A program made the translations under genes and the position numbers. The notes beneath the pieces were generated by a model, which worked only from the letters and a program-made list of their open reading frames with translations, did no database searches and was not told the origin of the DNA. Positions 23,101-32,100 of a stretch of DNA of 64,000 nt are shown here, one piece after another. The stretch is from an uncultured Gemmatimonadales bacterium (GTDB lineage Bacteria > Gemmatimonadota > Gemmatimonadetes > Longimicrobiales > Longimicrobiaceae), in contig OY970303.1 in NCBI GenBank assembly GCA_963716255.1, positions 5,248,001 through 5,312,000 of the forward strand, written 5' to 3'. Every line of letters starts with the position of its first letter. Position 1 is the first letter of the stretch.

Positions 23101-26100
23101 CCGTGGGAGTTCGCGGCGCCACGTACGCCCCCGCTGCCACGAAGTCCGGCGCGGGAAGCGCCCTCCGGTCCACCTTGCCGCCAGGGGCGAGGGGGAGTGC
23201 GTCCAGGAGGACGACGGCCGAGGGCACCATGTACTCCGGCAGGCGGGAGCGCAGCCGCGCCCGCAGCCCGGCCGGCGTGTCGGCCGCGCCCTCCGCGGGG
23301 ACCACGTAGGCGACCAGGCGCCGGTCGCCCGGGGCGTCCTCCCGCACGACGACGATTGCCTCCCGCACCTGCGGCAGCGCCGCCAGCACGGATTCGATCT
23401 CGCCGGGCTCGATGCGGTAGCCCCGCACCTTGACCTGGTGGTCCGTGCGGCCCAGGTAGTCCAGCTCGCCGCCGGAGAGCCAGCGGGCCCGGTCCCCGGT
23501 GCGGTACAGCCGCGCGCCGGGCTCCCGCCCGAAGGGGTCGGGGACGAAGCGCCCGGCCGTCAGCCCCGGCTGCCCCAGGTAGCCGCGGGCCACCCCGGCG
23601 CCGCCCAGGTATAGCTCGCCCGGCACCCCCACGGGCACCGGCTGCATCCCGCCGTCCAGCACGTACGCCCGCATCCCCGCGATCGGCCTGCCGATGGGCA
23701 CGCTCCCGCCCCCGCCGGCGTCCCGCACGCGGTGGACGACGCACCCCACCACCGTTTCGGTGGGGCCGTACTCGTTGACCAGCTCCGTCCCCGGCGCCAC
23801 CCGCCGCCAGTACGCGGCCACCTCGGCCGGAAGCGCCTCGCCGCCCACCACCAGCGTGCGCGCCGCGGCCGCGGCCTCCTGCTCCGTGAGCTGCCCGGCC
23901 AGGAGCGCCAGGTGCGCGGGCGTGAGCTTGACCAGCGTGAACCCCGGCTCCTCGCGCAGCGCGCTCGCCAGCCCCTCCACGCCCTCGCCCTCGCCGGCGA
24001 GCACCACCCGCCCGCCCTGGAGCAGCGGCACCAGCAGCGAGGTCACCGTCAGGTCGAAGGACAGGGAGGAGTGCACCGGCGCGCCGTGGCCCGGCCCCGC
24101 GTACGCGCCGGCCGCCCACGCCAGGTAGTTGCCCAGGCCGCGGTGCGTCACCGCCACGCCCTTGGGGCGCCCGGTGGAGCCGGAGGTGAAGATGACGTAC
24201 GCCAGGTTGTCGGGCGCGGCGCCGCTCGCGGGCGCCGCCTCGCCGTGCCCGGCGATCTCCGCCGCATCGCGGTCCACGCAGACCACGCGGGCGCCGTGCG
24301 CGGGCAGGCGCTCCAGCAGCGCCTCGCGGGTCAGCAGCACCGCGGGGGCGGCGTCCTCCAGCATCAGCGCCAGCCGCTCCGCGGGCTGCGCCGGGTCCAG
24401 CGGCACGTACGCGGCGCCGGCCCGGAGCACGCCCAGCACCGCGGCCACCATCTCCGGGCCGCGCTCCAGGCACAGCCCCACGCGCGTTTCCGGCCCCGCG
24501 CCGAGGGCGCGGAGGTGAAGCGCGAGCCGGGCCGAGTCGCGCTCCAGCTCGGCGTAGGTGAGCGTCCGCCCGCCGGAGCGAACCGCCGGGGCGTCCCGGG
24601 TGCGGGCCGCCTGCCCCGCGAAGAGCTCGTCGACGCCCAGGGGCGGGTAGTCTGCCGCGACCTCTTTCCAGGCTTCCAGCACACGGGCGCGCTCGGCGCC
24701 GCGCAGCAGGGACACCTCCGAGATGCGCTGTACGGGGTCGGCGGCCATCGCCTCCAGCAGGACCTCCAGGTGCCCCGCCATGCGCGCCATCGTCTCCGCC
24801 TCGAAGAGCGACGCCCGGTAGGTCAGCACCCCGCCCAGCGCCTCACCGGAGTCGGCGATCACCAACTCCAGGTCGAACCTGGCCACCCCGTCCCTGCCCC
24901 CTTCGAACGGCTCCACCGCCAGCTCTCCCAGCTCCAGCCGCCCGTCGCGCCCGCCGGACTGGTTCAGCGAGAAGGTCACCTGGAACAGCGGAGTGTGCGT
25001 GAAGCTGCGCTCCACCGCGACCTCCTCCACCAGCTTCTCGAAGGGCAGCTCCTGGTGCTCGTACGCCCCCAGCGCCGTCTCCCGCACTCGCCCTACCAGC
25101 TCGGTCCAAGTGGGGTCTCCCGCCAGGTCGCCGCGCAGCACCAGCATGTTGACGAAGAAGCCGATCAGCCCCTCCGCTTCCCGCCGGTTGCGCCCCGCGA
25201 TGGGGCTGCCCACGACCACGTCCTCCTGCCCCGAGTACTTCGAGAGCAGCGCCTGCCAGGCGGCCAGCACCGTCATGAACAGCGTCGCCCCTTCGGCCCG
25301 CGACAGCGCATGCAGCCCCTGCGACACCTCGGCCGGGAGCGCGAAGCGCCGGCTTCCCGCGCGCGGGCTCTGCCTCGGGGTCCGCGGCCGGTCGGTGGGG
25401 ACCTCCAGCAGCGGCGGCGCCCCTGCCAGGCGTTCGCGCCAGTACCCCAGCTGCTCCTCCAGGACCTCCCCGCTCAGCCAGGCGCGCTGCCAGGCTGCGT
25501 AGTCGGCGTACTGCACCGGCAGCTCCGGCAGCTCCGGCAGGCGCGGCGCCTCGCCCCGGCTGAGGGCGGCGTAGAGCAGGGAAACCTCGCGCACCAGCAC
25601 GTCCATGCTCCACCCGTCGCTGACGACGTGGTGCAGCGTGAAGCACAGCACGTGGTCCTCCCCCGACAGGCGCAGCAGCGTGCTCCGCAGCAGCGGGCCG
25701 CGGGTCAGGTCGAACGGGCGCATCGCTTCCGCCCCGGCCAGCCGCTGTGCCCGCCTCTCCCGCTCCGCCTCGCGCAGCGCTCCCAGGTCCAGCACGGGCA
25801 GCGGCACCGCCGTGGCCGGGTGGATCACCTGCACGGGCACGCCGTCGTGCTCGGCGAACGTGGTGCGCAGCGCCTCGTGCCGACCCACCAGCCCGCCGAT
25901 GCTCCCCCGCAGCGCACGCAGGTCCAGCACGCCGCGCAGCCGCAGCGCGTACGGCATGTTGTAGGCGGCGCTGCCCGGCTCCAGCCGGTCCACCACCCAC
26001 AGCCGCTGCTGCGCAAAGGACAGCGGCAGCGGACCTTCCCGCGAGACCCGCTCGATCGGCGGCGCCGACGACGTGCCGGCGCTGCGCAGCGCCTCGATCC

Positions 26101-29100
26101 GCCCGGCCAGCGCGGCCACGCTCGGCGCCTCGAACAGCGCCCGCAGCGGCACCTCCACCCCGAAGGCCTGCCGCGCCCGCGAGACCACCTGCGTGGCCAG
26201 CAGCGAGTGGCCTCCCAGCTCGAAGAAGTTGGCCTCCACCCCCACACGGTCCACGCCCAGCACCTCCGCCCAGATCCCCGCCAGCACCTCCTCGGCTGCC
26301 GTGCGCGGCGCCACGTACGCCGCTGCCGAGCCCTGCTCTGGCGCCGGCAGCGCGCGCCGGTCCACCTTGCCGTTGGCGTTGAGCGGCAGCCGCTCCAGCG
26401 CTACGTACGCGCCCGGTACCATGTACTCCGGCAACCGCGCCGCAAGGTGTGCACGCAGCTCCGCAGCCGGCACCTCCACTCCCGCTTCTCCGACCACGTA
26501 GGCCACCAGGCGCCGGTTTCCCGGCACGTCCTCCCGCACGGTCACGACCGCCCTGCTCACTTCCGGGTGCCCGGCCAGCGCGGTCTCGATCTCTCCGAGC
26601 TCGATCCGGAAGCCCCGGATCTTGACCTGCTGGTCCACCCGCCCGAGGTATTCCAGCTCGCCATCCCCCCGCCACCGCACCCGGTCTCCGGAGCGGTACA
26701 GCCGTGCCCCGGCCTCGCGCGAGAACGGATCCGGAAGGTACGTTTCGGCTGTCCGCTCCGGCCGCCCCAGGTACCCGCGCGACACGCCGGCACCCCCCGC
26801 GTACAGCTCGCCAGGCACCCCGACCGGAACCGGCTCTCCCCATCCGTCCAGAACGTATACCCGGACGTTGGCGATGGGCCGGCCCAGGGTGATCCCCTCC
26901 GCCTCGCTTACCCGGCCAGCCGTGGTGTTGACCGTCGCTTCCGTTGGCCCGTAGTGGTTCCAGATCGCCACGTCCGGGAAGAGCCGGCGCGTCCGCCGCA
27001 CCAGCTCGCCCGGGATCGCCTCCCCACCCAGGAGCACCGCGACGAGCCCGCGCGGAACGGCCCCCTCGCCGCGCTCCATCCGCTCCAGCACCGCGCTCCA
27101 CAAGGAGGGCACCCCCCCGAAGCCGACCCGCTCCCTCGCACCCAGCGCCTCCAGCAGCGCGCCCGTGTCGGTTGCGGCAGTCTCCGGCAGCACCCAGACC
27201 GCGCCACCCCGGAGCAGGGGCGGGAAGAGCTGCCGCACGTGCGCGTCGAAGCTCAGCCGGCTCACCAGCGGCAGCGCGAAGCCGGCATCCCCGAGTATCG
27301 CTCCGTCGAAGTACCGGAGGTAATTGGCGAGGTTTCCGTGCTCGACCACGACGCCCTTGGGCGCGCCGGTGGAGCCCGAGGTGTAGATCACGTACGCAGC
27401 GTTCCGGGCTCCGACCTCCACCGGGAGCGCATCGACCGGCTCGCCCGAGATCGTCCGGCACTGCGCGTCGAGGCGGAGAACCTCGCCCGCGAAGTCGGGG
27501 AGCCCGTCGGGGAAGACATCTCCCGCGAGCAGCACGCCGGCACCGGCGTCGGAAAGCATGTAGCCCAGCCGTCCCGCCGGGTAGGAAGGATCGAGAGGCA
27601 GATAGGCACCACCGGCCTTGAGGATACCCAGCACGCCGACGACCATCTCCGGCGAGCGCTCCACGCACAGGCCCACCCGCACCTCCGGCACGACGCCGTG
27701 ACGCCGCAGGAGGTGCCCGAGCTGGTTGGACCTGTGCTCCAGCTCCGCGTAGGTGAGCACCTCGTCGCCGAAGAGCACCGCCGCCGCGTCGGGGGTACGC
27801 GCCGCCTGCTCCGCGAAGAGTTCGTGGATGCACCCCCGCGGGAACTCCGCCGCGGTTGTGTTCCAGGCCTCCAGCACCTGCGCCCGCTCCGCCCCGCGAA
27901 GCAGCGATACTTCCGAGAGACTCCGCCGCGGATCTGCCGCCATGGCCCCGAGCACCACCTCCAGGTGCCCCACCATGCGCTCGATGCTCTCCACCTCGAA
28001 GAGAGCCTTCCGGTAGACCAGCGCGCCGCTCAGCGCCCCACCGGAATCGGCGACCACCAGATCCAGGTCGAACCGGGCGACACCTTCGCCTTCCCGCCCG
28101 AACAGCTCCACCGACAGCCCGCCCAGCTCCAGCAGTTCGTCAGGCCCGCTGGACCTGTTCATCGCGAAGATCGCCTGGAAAAGCGGGGTGTGCGTGAGAC
28201 TGCGCTCGGTCGCCAGCTCTTCCACCAGGCGCTCGAAGGGCAGCTCCTGGTGCTCGTAGGCCCCGAGCGCCTCCTCGCGCACCCGCCCCAGCAGCTCGGT
28301 CCAGGTGGGGTCTCCCGCCAGGTCGCCGCGCAGGGCCAGCATGTTGACGAAGAAGCCGATCAGCCCCTCGGTCTCCCGCCGGTTCCGCCCCGCGATGGGG
28401 CTGCCCACGACCACGTCCTCCTGCCCCGCCCAGCGGCCCAGCAGCGCCTGCCACCCCGCGAGCACCGTCATGAAAAGCGTTGCCCCCTCGGCCCGCGAGA
28501 GCGCTCGCAGCTCGTCCGACAGCCCGGCCGGGAGCGCGAATCGCTGGCTTCCCGCCTCCGCCCTCTGTCCGGCGGCACGCGGGCGGTCGGTGGGGATCTC
28601 CAGCAGCGGCGGCGCCCCCGCCATGCGGTCGCGCCAGTACGCCAGCTGCGTTTCCAGGACCTCCTCGCTCAGCCATCTGCGCTGCCAGGCTGCGTAGTCG
28701 GCGTACTGCACCGGCAGCTCCGGCAGCCGCGGCGTCTCGCCCCGGCTGAGGGCGGCGTAGAGCTGGGAGACCTCGCGCACCAGCACGTCCATGCTCCACC
28801 CGTCGCTGACGACGTGGTGCAGCGTGAAGCACAGCACGTGGTCCTCCCCCGACAGGCGCAGCAGCGTGCTCCGCAGCAGCGGCCCCCGCGACAGGTCGAA
28901 CGGGCGCATCGCCTCCAGGCCAGCCAGCCGCTGCGCCAGGTGTTGGCGCGCTTCGCCGGGCAGACCGCCCAGGTCCAGCACCGGCAGCGGCACGGGAGCG
29001 GCCGGGTGGATCACCTGCACGGGCACGCCGTCGTGCTCGGCGAACGTGGTGCGCAGCGCCTCGTGCCGACCCACCAGCCCGCCGATGCTCCCCCGCAGCG

Positions 29101-32100
29101 CCCGCACGTCCAGCGCGCCGCGCAGCCGCAGCGCGTACGGCATGTTGTAGGCGGGGCTGCCCGGCTCCAGCCGGTCCACCACCCACAGCCGCTGCTGCGC
29201 AAAGGACAGCGGCAGCGGACCTTCCCGCGAGACCTGCTCGATCGGCGGCGCCGACGACGTGCCGGCGCAGCGCAGCGCCTCGATCCGCCCGGCCAGCGCG
29301 GCCAGGCTCGGCGCCTCGAACAGCGCCCGCAGCGGCACCTCCACCCCGAAGGCCTGCCGCGCCCGCGTGACCACCTGCATGGCCAGCAGCGAGTAGCCTC
29401 CCAGCTCGAAGAAGTTGGCCTCCACCCCCACACGCTCCACGCCCAGCACCTCCGCCCAGATCCCCGCCAGCACCTCCTCGGCTGCCGTGCGCGGCGCCAC
29501 GTACGCCGCTGCCGAGCCCTGCTCCGGCGCCGGCAGCGCGCGCCGGTCCACCTTGCCGTTGGCGTTGAGCGGCAGCCGCTCCAGCACCACGTACGCCCCC
29601 GGGACCATGTACTCCGGCAGGCGCATTCCCAGCTTCGCCCGCAGCTCGCCCGGCGCAAGGCGAGCATCTTCCTCCGGGACCACGTAGGCGACCAGACGCC
29701 GGTTTCCCGGCACGTCCTCCCGCACCGCCACTACCGCCTCCCGCACACCCTCCTGCTCCAGCAGCACCGCCTCCACCTCCCCGGGCTCGATCCGGAAGCC
29801 ACGGATCTTCACCTGCGCGTCCAGCCGCCCCAGGTACTCCACCTCCCCACGCCCATTCCACCGTACCCGGTCTCCCGTGCGGTACAGCCGCGACCCCAGC
29901 GCGACGAACGCGTCCGGGACGAACCTTTCGGCGGTCTGCGCCGGCTGCCCCAGGTAGCCGCGCGCCACGCCCACTCCCCCCACGTACAGCTCGCCCGGCA
30001 TTCCCGGGGGCACCGCCTCCCCGGACGCGTCGAGCACGTAGAGCGCCGTGTTCCCCAGCGGCACTCCGATGGGCACCGTCGACGCCCCGGGCTCCACCCC
30101 CCGCACCAGCTGCCAGCTCGCGTACGTCGTCGTCTCCGTGGGCCCGTACACGTGCAGCAGCCGCTCCGGAGCGCCCCGCTCCAGCACCCGCCGCACGCTC
30201 TGCGGGTCCACCAGCTCCCCGCCGAAGAGCACGTGCCGCAGCGAGCCGAAGGCGCCCGGCTCGTCGTGCGCGACGCGGTTGAACAGCGCCGTGGTCACGA
30301 ACACAGCGCTCACGCCGCGCCCGCGCAGCTCCGCCGCGAAGACGGACGGCGAGAGCGTGGCCTCGCGCTCAATCACCACCAGCGAGCCGCCGCCCAGCAG
30401 CGCGCCCCAGATCTCGAACGTGGCCGCGTCGAAGGCCAGGTTGGAGACCTGCGCGATACGCTCCTGCGGCCCGAAGGGCACGTAGCGGGTGTTGTGCACC
30501 AGGCGCACCACGGAAGCGTGCGCCACCGCCACGCCCTTGGGCCGCCCCGTCGATCCCGAGGTGTAGATGACGTACGCCAGCTGGCCCGGGTGGGACGCCA
30601 CGGACGGCGGGGTCTGCGGCATCGCATCCAGCGCGGCGGCGGTCTCCGGCTCGTCCAGCCACAGCGCCTCGACCTCCCCGGGGAGCTGCGCCCCCGCGGC
30701 GGCGTGCGTGAGCACGACTGCGACGCCCGCGTCGGCGAAGACCTCGCGCAGGCGCTCGACGGGGTTGGAAGGGTCCAGCGGCACGTAGGCGCCACCGGCC
30801 TTGAGGACGCCCAGCAGCGCGACGACCACCTCCACCCCGCGCTCCATGCACACGCCCACCCGGGTCTCGGGCCCGATCCCGCGCCGGCGCAGCAGGTGCG
30901 CCAGCCGGCTGGACTGGTGCTCCAGTTCCGCATAGCTGAGCACCTCCCCTTGAGAGACGACCGCCACCGCACCCGGGGTGCGGGCCGCTTGCCCGGTGAA
31001 CAGCTCATGGATGCACGCCTGCGGGAGGGGGGCCGCGGTGGCATTCCAGGCCTCCAGCACCTGGATGCGCTCCGCCCCGCGCAGCAGCGACACTTGCCCG
31101 AGGCGCCGCATGGGATCGGCGGCCATTGCCTCAAGCAGTACCTCGAGGTGCCCCACCATGTGCGCCGCCGCCGCCGCCTCGATGCGCACCTCGTCGTACT
31201 CCACCTGAAGACCGAGCCGCTCCCCAGGCAGCACCATTAGCTCCAGCGGATAATGGCTCCGCCCCACCCGCTCCCAGTGCTCCACCACGAAGCTGCGCTC
31301 ACCCGTTTCGGCCACCGCTTCCACCGGGTGGTTCTCGAAGGCCACGATGCTCTCGAAGAGCGGCTGCCCTGCCGCCACCCCGCTCCAGCGCTGCACCTCG
31401 GAGAGTGGGCTATGGTCGTAGGAGCGCGCCTCCATCTGCTGCTCCTGCAGCTCCCGCAGCCACCCGTCGAGCCGCGCGCCGCCATCGACGCGCACCCGCA
31501 CCGGAAGCGTGTTGATGAACAGCCCGATCATGGCCTCCATTCCCGTCAACTGCGGCGGCCGCCCCGTCACTACTGCCCCGAAAACGACGTCGTCCTCCCC
31601 CGAGTAGCGCGACAGCAGCAATGCCCACGCGCCCTGTACCATCGTGTTGGCAGTCAGTCGGTGCTGCTTCGCCACCACCTGAAGCGCACCCGTCGCGACG
31701 GGGGATAGCTGCCGAAGGGCATTGCCGTGGGCGCGTCGACCGTCGGAGGCGGTGCCCGGCTTCCGGTCCACCCCGAGTGGAGTGGGGGTCGTAAAGCCTT
31801 CCAGCACTCCTCGCCAGTATGCTTCGGCCGCGGGGAGTTCCTGCCGCAGCAGCCAGGCGATATAGTCTTGGTACGGGCGGCGGCGGGGGAGGACGGGTAC
31901 GGTCCGTCGCAGGAGGGCGTCGTACGAGGTGAGTACGTCTTGCAAGACCAGCGATAGGGACCAGCCGTCCAGCACGAGGTGGTGAAAGCTCCAGACGAGA
32001 TCGAACTCCTCCTCCGCCCTCCGGATGAGAGAGACTCGCATGAGGGGCGGCCGGAGCAGATCGAACGGCCGCCTCTGCGACTCCAGGTGGAGGTTCAGCC

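Noticed and set aside
7287..24473. Off-frame - strand ORFs 7287..12788 and 20220..24473
   Set aside because: Gly/Ala/Arg-rich alternative frame of the real gene; stop codons are rare at this GC content
248..31708. Very long + strand ORFs (e.g. 4865..14269, 15833..22120, 23732..31240)
   Set aside because: Antisense shadows in the same codon register as the - strand NRPS-PKS; expected in high-GC3 genes; no recognisable motifs
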